From the NCBI RefSeq assembly GCF_009914755.1, contig NC_060947.1: 64,000 bases of DNA; one strand, given 5' to 3'. A program made the translations under genes and the position numbers. Source of the stretch: the human T2T-CHM13v2.0 reference genome, Homo sapiens. Shown piece after piece: positions 28,484 through 40,988 of this stretch (position 1 is its first letter; each line of letters opens with the position of its first letter). The notes beneath the pieces are model-generated. The model had not been told where the DNA came from. It ran no database searches and saw nothing but the letters and a program-made list of their open reading frames with translations.

Positions 28484-31400
28484 CTGAAAGAAAAGAGATT
28501 GGCAATGTCAGGGAAGGCCGGGATCCGCAGCTCTACAAACCCGGCAGCCCTCTCCAGTGAGCACAATGGCATAATGGCCACCACCCAGCTGAGCCCAGGC
28601 GAGTACAGAGACCATTCATTGTCTGTCCTCAACCACCAAAGAAGGAAGGAAAAAAACAGGGTTGAGGTCATTCACTAAACACTGACGAGGCCTATAGGCA
28701 AGGCAGAGACTGAGTCTTGAATGATATATTTTTCCATATAGCCTCTCTTAAAAAACGGATTTACACTTCAGTACATCTGCTCATCCTGCAGGATCTATTT
28801 TTAATGCATAAATATACACAAAGAACAATAGATAAGAGCTTTGTAGTTTTCAATGGATAAAATGTGACTATTTCCATCAAGTTACCAAAAAATTTCACAA
28901 ATAAGTGGCTTTGTTGACAGGTAGTGCCATCAAATATATTCTTTTAATTACATATTTATGTTCTTATAAATATAGAATATAGGACAAATCGTAGCAACCA
29001 AAAAAGTAAAATAAAAACACAAATTCCCCTAAAAACTAGAATGTATACTTGAACTAGATTTTCCTATCTTCCTTTTCTACTAGAATTCTAAAAATACATG
29101 AAAATTCACCTGCTTTGATCTTTGCACAGAAACACATTAAAAGCCAATCATTAAATAAGTTACTCTGGCTAAAGCCCTGAAAGTCAAACCTTCCCTACAA
29201 AGCTCCAGTGATTTGGTTCTCTGAACCAACCAGGTAATTTGGAGGATTTAGTTAGGTCTTCAGTACACACTGTTTCAAGGAGATCTGCTGGACACTGCAG
29301 CAAAATAAGTGAAGGTATGGTGAGAAATCTGAGTGAGATAGATTGAGTCATATGCGGTTCCAAGGAATCTCTCTGTACATGCAATAATAACCCTATCACA
29401 GAAGATGTCTTCCAATAATACACACAACAGTAAGAACTTCCTCACTAAGACAAAGAATATAATAGGGTTTTGTTGAGGGCTGGGCTTCCTGCCCCACCTA
29501 CTTGGGCAGCCCTGCCCCCATCCCTGGCTGGTTGCTGAGGCTGGCAAGCTCATCTGGCTTGATGCCCTCATGGCCTCCCTCCTGTGTCTTTGCATGGTCC
29601 CTGCTTAGTGATTTGGACATCAAAGATGGCTCAAGTCCAAATGGCCTTCTTCCACCTGCAGACATCCAAGCTCCATCTTGGGCAGGACACAGGCCTACTC
29701 AAGTGCACATGCCACTGTGTTCAGAAAGCCTGCATCTCCCCGTCTATAATAGCTACAGTTAAAACTGATAGGCAAGGGAGCCAAAAAACTGAGTTTTATT
29801 TTCTTTTCATTCCCTCAATCCCCAACCCCAATTTACCCTCTTCTGGATGTTGTAATAAGTACTGTCACAAAGAAGGCATAGCATGGGGAAGGAGTAAGGC
29901 TGAAAGGATGCAGTTAACAATTCTTTTTTTCATACAAATGACATTCCACCCACAGAAGGGCATTGTTTAATTTGTCAGCAAGTGTGATGAATTTGTGAAT
30001 GGGTTTATTTGCAAGTTCTCTGAATCCCCTTGTGACTAATATCAGAATCAAAAGTGAAATATGAGGCCAGGAACAAAGTTACCCTCTGACTCAGGAACAC
30101 AACAAGCAATGGGATGACTGAGAATGACATAATGATAACATAGTTCAAAAGAGGAAACAGATAAGTTTGTTTCACAGCAAGCATGTCCTTCATAAGCAAA
30201 ACCTAGTGTGACCATAAGGTAATAAGGGTTGAATAGGCAGGTTCTGCAAATTAAGAGCATAACAGCAAAAACCATGGCTAGTTTAAAGTAGTTAAGATCG
30301 CTAGTACATTTCAGGCGTCTTATTTCAAATTTACTTTTTTCTATAAACATATTCACGGTAATTCCATGTTAATCTCTCTTTTCTGAATTTATAGGCACTC
30401 ACTATGCCTCATTTACTTGGGCACTTACTCAGTTACCTGTAGGCATGGATTCTACAATCTACTCCTTTTAAGTTTCCTATTTTCCTTCCAGCATAAAAAT
30501 AATAGCTAATATTTCATGCTCTTAGATGCTGCTGAAATTGTTGAGCTTGTCTGTTGTTTCCTGATAACGTTCTCTCCTCCTGCATCTACTCCCCAAAATC
30601 TCTGAGGACCTAGTAACTCAAAAAACTGACTATAAAGCACCAAATCTTTTCAGGAAGCAAATATTTAAATACATTATGTTTTCAAAGATCTTTTCAATTC
30701 ATCTGATATTTGATCAACTACATTCTTTTTTCACTTGTCCAGCTGTTCCGTGGCTGAATTTCCTCTTGTAGAGAAGTTGTTCAAAAAAAGTTCTGTACCT
30801 ACTTTGCAAACTCTCCAATTTACACTCTAGCCTTAACTGTTCAAAACTTTCCCCCGTCATTCTCATCTCACCCTATCCTTTAAAAAAAAACCCAAAATGA
30901 TTAATCACCATCTATAGAACAGTTTCAGAATGAACATTTCTCTCTGGAACTTTAGTTTGTATACTTCCCCAGCACAGCAATGAACACACAGAGGGGATTT
31001 ATACACCTGTGAACTTGCTTTCAGTTATGCTTATTCCAAGTTACTAACCAGCAGTCTTTAAAAATATATGGTTTCTGTTCACATTGAAATTACAAAGAGA
31101 CTGTTATTCCGATAAATTATGCTAGCAAAAATAGTATTTTTAAAGGGTAGCTCTCATCCTACAATTCATGGGGGCTGTGAGCATAAATAATCCTAGAAGT
31201 GTTGCGTTACTAATCTTTAGTCTAGATTTTTTAAGTAATATTGTTCTGATTTGAGATGAAGAACAGCTGAATACACAGCCTAGCCTGTCAAACGAGTTTA
31301 AAAACATCATTCCTGAAAAAAATAAAATTGTTCAGAACCATCTGATCTGTACTAAGGGAACATCAAGATTTCAGAGCTAAAATGCACTTCGTTGGCCACT

Positions 31401-31661
31401 GGTTCAATTACAGCTCATTACTGATAAGTGGGCAGAGACACAAGGCCCATAAACTGTAGGCGCCAGATGTCTCAAGATAACTCCCACCAAAAGCTGACCT
31501 CCTGCAGAGGTTAAAGTGCAAGAGAAAAGAAAGAAACCCGAATTTTTGAGCAGAGAGGGCAATATCCTAGACATCCTTCAAGTATGTGGCTGTCCTGGGC
31601 GATCTTCTATTCAGATACTGGACTGGATGGGCAAAATCCGAATTCACCTACAGACCTTAAC

Positions 31662-31832
31662 ACGGTGGTTCTCGGCACCCCAGAATCACCTGGGCAGCTT
31701 TAAAAACTACCGATGCCAGGGCCCCACTATTAGAGATTCTGATTTCATTGGTCCGGGATGGGGGCCCGGGGATCAGAATTCTTAAAGAGTCGTCCAGTGA
31801 TTCGGAAGCACTGCAGAGCTGAGAGCCTCTGG
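31662..31832. mobile_element. MER5A next to the CpG island
   Basis: GTGGTTCTC...AGAATCACCTGGG...AGAGATTCTGATTTCATTGGT...GAGAGCCTCTG. Confidence 0.7.
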
Positions 31833-31859
31833 GACTGGTCCCCTCTCACAATTAACCTG

Positions 31860-32460
31860 CAATGATTTAGGAATCTCATGGGCCTCCGGCCCCACCTTTT
31901 GTCGCGGGATTAAGATAATTATGAGAGCAACGTGACGTCCAAGACCTCGGCTCTCTGCGCATCAGAAGAAGCCAGGGCCCGGGGCGTCTAAGCTCCTCCC
32001 TCACTCCCCAAAGGAAACCCAGCCGTCCCCGAAGTCACCTCGTGGGCGCGCAGCTTGCGGATCCTGGGCGTTGGCCGCGCAGGGGCCTAGTTTTCCTTGG
32101 AGAGACAGAGGGGGAGTGGGGGACGCGAGGGAGGCGGCTGTTGCCGGGGCGACTGGAAGCGCGCTTCCGGTGCGGAACACGTGGCGTGGCGCGGCGCGCC
32201 GGAAGTCCCCCCCTGTGTCGCGGACGTCACGTTCGCACCGCAGGCGGTGCAGTGCTGGAGGCCGGAAGCTGCCTGCTAATCGGCTACCCCGAGTGGAGCG
32301 CCGGGGCGGCAGGCGTGGGATGGCTGCGGGTGGCGGGGCCGGCGGAGAGGGAGCTGCACCGGGCGGGGCACTGGGACTGTGGCGGGCACCCGCGCCGGGG
32401 GTCGGACGGTGCTTCTGCACCGGCGAGATAAGGGTCGCTTCTGCACCGCCCGGGTTTCCA
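31860..32460. promoter_or_regulatory. CpG island / TATA-less promoter of GEMIN8
   Basis: Dense CpG and high GC. ETS motifs CCGGAAG at 32164-32170(-), 32199-32206 and 32262-32268; E-box CACGTG 32178-32183; CRE-like GACGTCAC 32223-32230; GC box GGGCGGGG 32361-32368. Confidence 0.9.
32039..32175 (-). other. GEMIN8: Non-coding exon 1 (5' end approximate)
   Basis: Lies within the CpG island. Donor CGAG|gtgact at 32039/32038; an alternative donor GGA|gtgagg near 32005 is possible. Confidence 0.65.
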
Positions 32461-33139
32461 GCCTTTAACTTTTTGTCCTTTCCTCAGCTTTCTTCGTTTT
32501 CCTTCCCTTGTCTTTACTTAGCCTTTTCTTTCTTCCTTTCTGTTTTCTTTCTTAACTAAAACAGTTTTAGTTTCTTAATTTGTCCCAGCGTAAAACACCC
32601 AGTCTTTGAAAATAGATTAACCCAGATCTCAGTTTGAGTGCGAGTCCAGTGCTAAGTTTGTAACTTCCCCAAGCCTCGTGTGTCTCATCTATAAGATATG
32701 CATAACCTAATGCAGAGTGCCTGATGCATTGCAGCAGACAAAACATTAGTACTAATATGTTTGTAATTATAACCATCACAGCAATACCTGCCCTGTTAAC
32801 ATTACAAGAGTCATTAACAAGAACCAAGCATAAACAATTAGAAGTCTTACGTGACATATCATTTCTGGGGCAATTACCATATTTAATACTTTCTGGGAAT
32901 TTATTCCAAGGAAAAACAGGTACGAACCAGATAGATGTTTATTACAGAATTATTTTAAAAAGTGAAAATTGGAAAAGACCTAAATGCCCAACAAGGAAAT
33001 GGCTAAGTCAATTGGGTGGTATTAATGACGTGACATTACTGTATTATTCCTGGACTACAGAAGAATTAAAATGGTATAGAAGAATATTAACTTTAACAAA
33101 TATTTACTGGATGCCGGCTATGTGCCAAGTATTCTATGT

Positions 33140-33422
33140 TAGCGCTGTCCATTGTAACCACTACATGTGGCCCTGAGAACCTGAATTGTAGTAGTCTGAA
33201 CTGAGATACACTGTAAGGGTAAATTACACTCTAGATTTTGAAGAAGAATGAGAAAAAGAATGTAAAATACCTCAATTTCTTTATAGTGATAACATCTTAG
33301 AGAAGGACTATTGAGGTTAAAGACTAAAATTTGATCTTTATCTTTTTACTTTATTAGTGTGGCTACTAGAACATTTAAAATTATATATGTGGCATGCATT
33401 GCATTTCTATTGTACCGTGGTA
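33140..33422. mobile_element. MER33-like hAT-Charlie fossil within an L2 remnant
   Basis: AGCGCTGTCCA...GTGGCTACTAGAACATTTAAAATTATATATGTGG...TTTCTATTG. Confidence 0.65.
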
Positions 33423-34187
33423 TTCTATTTACCGGATACACAGTAGTAAACAATACAGTTTTGGGGCTCATAAAATTAAATCTTTTGTGTAGAACATAGA
33501 CAATAAGCAGATAAATAGAATTGTATGTTGTGGTGAGTTATATGAAGACAGTATAGCAGGGTAAGGGCCAGAAAGTATGTGTATATAGAGGGGGATTATT
33601 TTAGAAAAGATTATTCCTCCACCTCAGAAAATGGATGTGGGAGGAAATGAGATATCTATGGATAGAAGCAGGAGATGGTAGGAGGGTGAAGTCTTATGGG
33701 AAAAGTCAGGTGTGGATTGAGACAGATAAGTCAGATGGGGCCTGGTGCAATCTCTACCTCAAGGAAGAAGCCAGCATCTAGAGAGGCAGGAAAGAAAGAT
33801 GGAGAGGGGTAAGATAGGGAGAAAGAGCTTAGGGGGTTCCTGGGAAAGGCAGAAGGATGCAGGCCTAGAGTGGATATAGTTCAGGTAGAGTGATTCCTGG
33901 TTCTATGAATGAAAAAATACAATATATATGGTATACTATGGCATTAGATAGAATATTAGTTGGCTGCTGTCACAGAGACCCAGAAGAGGAGTGGCTCAAA
34001 CTGTTGAGAAGTGTATTTCTATCTCATGGCAGTCTGGGTGTAAGGAGTCCAGAGTATGGCAGCTCCACCTGTCTCATAGCTCCACCCTCCCTGGTTTCTT
34101 GCCTTGGCCCACATGGTCCAAGATGGTGCACCACTGCACCTTTCAGCCAGTGGGAAAGAGAAAGCCAAGGGCATGCCCTTTCCCTCT

Positions 34188-34413
34188 AAGGATTTCTCCA
34201 CCTTGGCACTATTCACATTTGGGGTTGGATAATTCTGTGTTTTGGGGGTTGTCCTGTGCATTGTAGGAGTTTTAGTAGCATCTCTGGTCTCTACTCACAA
34301 GATGCCAGTACTGTCTCCCAGTTGTGACAGCCAAAAATGTCCTCAGACATTGCCAAATGTCTCCTGGGCTGGGGGAGGAGGGGGCAAAGTCACCCCCAGT
34401 TGAGAACCACTGC
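34188..34413 (+). mobile_element. MER20 inside an older MLT1-like LTR remnant (~33950-34560)
   Basis: TTGTCCTGTGCATTGTAGGA...AAATGTCCTCAGACATTGCCAAATGT...GTTGAGAACCACTG. Confidence 0.85.
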
Positions 34414-34850
34414 TTTAAGAGTACTACCCAGAGGCGGCCCACAGCACTTCTGATCACTTCCTACTAATGGCCTGAACTTCATTACTTAGCCCTCCTAAGG
34501 GTGCAGGAGCTTGGAATTGTCTTTTTCAGATGGCCAAGTGCCCAGCTAAAAGTTGACTAAAGAAGAAAAGAAACTAGCTGATTCTCCCATACCCTTGTTG
34601 CTGCAGGGAATGGAAATTCTGTAGCTGATTGAGGATGTAGTCCTGTTCTTTTCATCTTTAAGTCTGAGTTTTAGTCATTACTCACTTTAACTCACTTGCA
34701 TAAAAATACTGGTGGTGGGGAACACTAAGCACCTAAGGAGCGACAATCCTATTTGAAAAGAATGGGGATTGTTACTCCAGGGGGTTAACCAGGGAGAGAA
34801 ACTGAATTTTGAAATGGAGGCTAGAGGAGGTTGGATTTTCACTTGTCATT

Positions 34851-34866
34851 TGGCGCCACCTGGTGG
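34851..34866 (-). promoter_or_regulatory. CTCF motif (near-consensus)
   Basis: Reverse complement CCACCAGGTGGCGCCA matches the core CCASYAGRKGGCRS with no mismatch. Confidence 0.75.
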
Positions 34867-34976
34867 AAATTTACAAATGGCAATTCCTCAGTATTTAATT
34901 TTTCTCAGGCATATGCTTCAAATTTTAAATGGATTATAGCAAAACTTTAAAGAATCCTGTCAGATGAGGAACTCTA

Positions 34977-35194
34977 AAGCATGACCTCTCACTTTCTGCA
35001 CTATTGGCATTTGGGGCTGCATAATTCATTGTGGGGACTATTCTGTGCATTGTAGGATATTTAGAAGCATTCTTGGCCTCTGCCCACTGGATGTCCCTCC
35101 CTGCCCCCATTTGTGACAATCAAAAATGTTTCCAGCCATTGCCAAATGTCCCTAGGGTGAGGGTGTGGGGAATGGCTCCTGGTTGAGAACCACT
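34977..35194 (+). mobile_element. MER20
   Basis: Same MER20 phrases, ending GGTTGAGAACCACT. Confidence 0.85.
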
Positions 35195-36583
35195 CCTTGA
35201 AACAAGGCATCTAAAATCCCAGTGCCTGTTAAGGCATAGTAGTCCCCTATCAGTGTATCCTGGTGTGTCTGGAAAGGATGGGGAGGCAGTGCTGGGAGAA
35301 AACGGCACCAGATGCAGCAGGACGTGTCCTCTGGTTTACACTTTGGAGAATTTCGCTCCTGTTTATCTCAACCATAGGAGATGAGATTGAGGGAGAGAAG
35401 CCAAAAGGCGTGGCTACAGGATGTAGTTTCTTTAAAGGCCCTATGGTAAGGAAATATATAGAGGTTATTACCTAACACAGGAAGTAGCACCGACGAATCT
35501 CAAACTCTGTTACTGGGGCCCCAAAGTTCAGGTGCCAGGTGTGGAAATCCTGCCAGCTGTGGGAAGCCATAGCTAATCTCATGGGGCTTTTTGGATCCTC
35601 CCCTGTCCCCCAGCTGGGACCCATCTGCCACCTAAGTGTTGTGAAGAAACAGCTTGGGAACCAGTCCCCTTACCTGGATCAAGTAAATGGTGCTAAACCA
35701 CCTGCAAACAGTAGTCCTGAATTCTTACTTTGAAGTTGGGTAAAGGAAAGAGCAGTTTCCCAGGAGCACCCCCTAGCAGGCCCTCGCTTCAGGTCCGGCT
35801 CAGGTCCTCTGCTATAATTTCTCTTTGATTTCACCTTCTCAAGCCCCTGCCTCACCAGCCCCAGACCCTTCGTTTCAGCAGATGACCACTTCCTATTGAC
35901 ACAATTGAGATGACCAGGCATGGATTTCATCACCTTGAAATATATTGCCATCTGCACTCACCATGCCTCTTGGTTTAAAGAGGCATGATGAATGCCTTTG
36001 CTTGTGCTTAGGCCAACCCAGTCAAGGGTTGTTCTCTGGATCCAATTCCATGTCCTCACAGGCACCTCACACCCTCAATTGTACACCTCTCGTATCATTG
36101 CCTCTCTCTTTCCTGGCTTCTTCCCCATCAGCATCAAACTTACTCAGGTTCTCTGATCTTTAAAATCATTTGGGCTGATTTTTCACTCTCCTCTCCTCAC
36201 CTTTCTATTTTTCCACCTCTCTTTTTGGTTATACTTCTGTAAAAAGTGAGATACCTTTATTTCCTCACCTACTTTCCACTCATCCCACAGCTGTTTCTCT
36301 TCAGGCATGTCCATTCCGGTACAACTGTCTCACTGGCATCATGGCTGACTTTCCATCTACTATATTTTGGCCTCTCTGCAGTATTTAATACTATTGTCCA
36401 TGCCCTTTTTCTTTAAAATTACAAGATTTTCTCTCCCCAGACTGCAAAGGTAACATGTGCTTAATGCAAAAAAGAAAAATACAATAATAAAAACACAAAT
36501 CTTGGACAACTGAGGCACTTAAGTACAAAGGAAAACAACAAGAATGGCTTGCAATGCCATTACTTTAAAATAACCACTCTTTA

Positions 36584-39498
36584 GGATATAACAATTATAT
36601 ATATATATGCACTCAATACTGGAGCATTCAGATATATAAAGCAAATATTATTGGAGCTAAAGAAAGAGATAGGCTCCATTACAATAATAGCTGGAGATTT
36701 CAACACCCCACTTTTCAGCATTTGACAGATCTTCCAGACAGAAAATCAACAAGGAAATATCAAACTTAATCTGCACTATAGACCAAATATTTAATAGATA
36801 TTTAGAGAATATTTTATCCAATAGCTGCAGAAGACACATTTTTTTCCCTCAACACATGGATTATTCTCAAGGATAGACCATATGTTAGGTCATAAAACAA
36901 GTCTTAAAGCATTCAAAAAAATTACAATGATATAAAGCATCTTCTCTGACCATAATGGAATAAAACTAGAAATCGATGAAGAATTTTGGAAACTATTCAA
37001 ATACATGGAAATTAAACAATATGCTCCTGAATGACCAGTGAGTCAATGAAGAAATTAAGAAGGAAATTGAAAAATGTCTTGAAACAAATGAAAATAGAGG
37101 AAGAGGCAGTACTTCCAAACTCATTCTATAAGGCCAATATTACCCTGATACCAAAACCAGACAAAGACACATCTAACAACAACACAAAAAGAATACAAAA
37201 GCTACAGGCCAATATCCCTGATGAATATTGATGCAAAAATCCTCAACAAAATATTAGCAAACTGAATTCATCAAACACTAGAAAGATCATTCATCATGCT
37301 CAAGTGGGATTTATCCCTGGGATGCAACATAGGCAAATCAATCAATGTGATACATCATATCAACAGAATGAAGGACAAAAACCGTATGATTATTTAGATT
37401 GATGCTGAAGAAACATTTGATAAAATTCACCATCCTTTCATCCCAAAAAACCTCAAAAGACTCTACCAAAACATTAGAACTGATAAATTCAGTAAAGTAG
37501 CAGGATACAAAATCAATATACGAAAATCAGTAGCATTTCTTATGCTAACGGTGAACAAACTGAAAAAGAAATAAAGTGGTCTAATTTACAATAGCCACAA
37601 ATAAAATTAAATATATAGGAATTAACCAAAAAAGTGAAATGTCTCTTTAATGAAAACTATAAAACACTGATGAAAGAAATTGAAGAGGACACCAAAAAAT
37701 GGAAACCCATGTTCATGAATTGGAAGAATCAATATCATTAAGATGTTCATACTACCCAAAATGATCTACAGATTCAATGCAATCCCTTTCAAAATACCAA
37801 TGACATTCTTCACAGAAATAGAGAAAACAAATCATAAAATCTATATGGAACCACGAAACACCCAGAATATCCAAAGCTATCATAAGAAGAAGAAAAAAAA
37901 AACTAGAGGAATCACATTACCTGACTTCAAATTATACTACAGAGCTATAGTAACCAAAACAGCTTGGTATTGGCATAAAAACAGACACATAGACCAATGA
38001 ACAGAGAACCCAGAAAAAAATCTGCATACCTACAGTGAACTCATTTTCGACAAAGGGGGGAAGAACATACACTGGGGAAAAGATAATCTTTTCAATAAAT
38101 GGTGCTGGGGAAACTGGATGTCCATATGCATAAGAATGAAACTAGACTCCTGTCTCTCTCACCATATACAAAAATCAAATAAAAATGAATTAAATAATTA
38201 AGTCTAAGACCTCACACTATGAAGCTACTACAAGAAAACATTTGGGAAACTCTCCAGGACCACATTCTGGGCAAATATTTCTTGAGTAATACCCCACAAA
38301 CACAAGCAACCAAAGCAAAAATGGACAAGTGGGATCATATCAAATTAAAAAGCTTCTGCACAGCAAAGGAAACAATCAACAACGTGAAGAAACAGTCCAC
38401 AGAATGGGAGGAAATATTTGCAAACAAATATTTTCCCCTCTGACAAGGGATTAATCAGCAGAATATATAAGGAGCTCAAACAACTCTACAGAAAAAAAAC
38501 TCTAATAATCTGATTTTTTAAATGGGCAAAACATTTGAATAGACATTTCTCAAAAGAAAACATACAAATGGCAAACAGGCATATGAAAAGGTGCTCAACA
38601 TCATTGATCATGAGAGAAATGCAAATCAAAACTATAATGAGATATCATCTCACCCCAGTTAAAATGGCTGATATCCAAAAGACAGGCGGTAACAAATGCT
38701 GGCAAGGATGTGGAGAAAAGGGAACCCTCATACACTGTTGTTGGGAATGTAAATTAGTATAACCACTATGGAGAACAGTTTGGAGGTTCTTCAAAAACTA
38801 AAAATAGAGCTACCATATGATCTAGCAATCCCACTGCTGGGCATATATCCAAAAGAAAGGATATCAACATATCGAAGAGATATCTGCACTCCCATGTTTG
38901 TTGCAGCTCTGTTCACAATAGGCAAGATTTGGAAGCAACCTAAGTGTCCATCAACAGATGAATGGATAAAGAAAATGTGGTACATATACACAACCGAGTA
39001 CTCTTCGGCCATAAAAAAAAAATGAGATTGCAACAACATAGATAGAACTGGAAGTCATTATGTTAAGTGAAATAAGCCAGGAAAAGAAAGACAAACATTG
39101 CATATTCTTACTTATTTGTGGGATCTAAACATCAAAATAATTGAACCCATGGAGATAGAAAGTAGAAGGATGATTACAAGAGGCTAGGAAGCATAGTGGG
39201 GGGTGATGGGGAGATGGGGGTGGTTAATGGGCACAAAAAATAAAGTGAATGAATAAGGCCTAGTATTTGATAGCACAACAGGGTGACTATAATTCATAAT
39301 AATTTAATTGTGCATTTTAAATTAAAAGAGGATAATTGGATTGTAACACAAAAGATAAATGCTTGAGAGGATGGATACCCTATCTTTCATTATGTGATAA
39401 TTACATTGCATGCCTATATCAAAACATTTCATGTATCCCATAAATACATACACCTATTATATTCCCACAATAATTAAAAACAAAACATTTAAAAAATG
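36584..39498 (+). mobile_element. L1MA (MA1/MA2-like): 5'-truncated, decayed ORF2 plus 3'UTR with internal deletions
   Basis: Track ORFs at 37031-39025 translate to L1 ORF2 fragments ([34 protein letters not shown]). Perfect 16-bp TSD AAATAACCACTCTTTA at 36568-36583 and 39499-39514. Confidence 0.92.
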
Positions 39499-39699
39499 AA
39501 ATAACCACTCTTTATATTTAGCGTATGTCCTCCTAGTTTTGTTCATACTAATAAATTTATATACATACATACTACTTTGTCTCTCTTATACACACGTATA
39601 AGACCAAATGGTTTCTTATGGATACTATCGTAACTGTTTCCCAGAAAGCCAACTCTTTGATGGAGTTTAGGGTGCAGGATGTTCGGTAAAGAATGACCT

Positions 39700-40684
<985 letters not shown>

Positions 40685-40744
40685 AAAGAATGACCTCAGA
40701 CCAACACCTATGAAAGGGAAAGGAAAGCACGAGATTGGATAGAA

Positions 40745-40988
40745 CAGGGTTTTTCAACTGTGGCATAGAGACATTTCAGACTAGGTGTAACACTTTGTTG
40801 TGGGGCTGTCCTGTGCACTATGGGATGCATAGCAGTATCCCTGGGCTCTACCCACTAGATGCCAGTAGCACACATACACACCTCCCTCCCCTTCAGTTGT
40901 GATGACCAAAAGTGTTTTCAGACATTGCAAAATATGCTGGTGGTGGGGAAGGAGGGGATAGCAAATTGCCCTCAGTTGAAAACCACTG
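40745..40988 (+). mobile_element. MER20
   Basis: GGGCTGTCCTGTGCACTATGGGATG...GTTGAAAACCACTG. Confidence 0.8.

Noticed and set aside
32001-32559. Overlapping 129-162 aa ORFs on both strands
   Set aside because: Stop codons are scarce in a GC-rich CpG island; products are low-complexity Ala/Gly/Pro/Arg and the track starts are mostly non-ATG.
32724-33176. 150-aa ATG-initiated ORF divergent from the promoter
   Set aside because: Runs through MIR, L1ME, L2 and MER33 remnants with no recognisable domain; likely chance.
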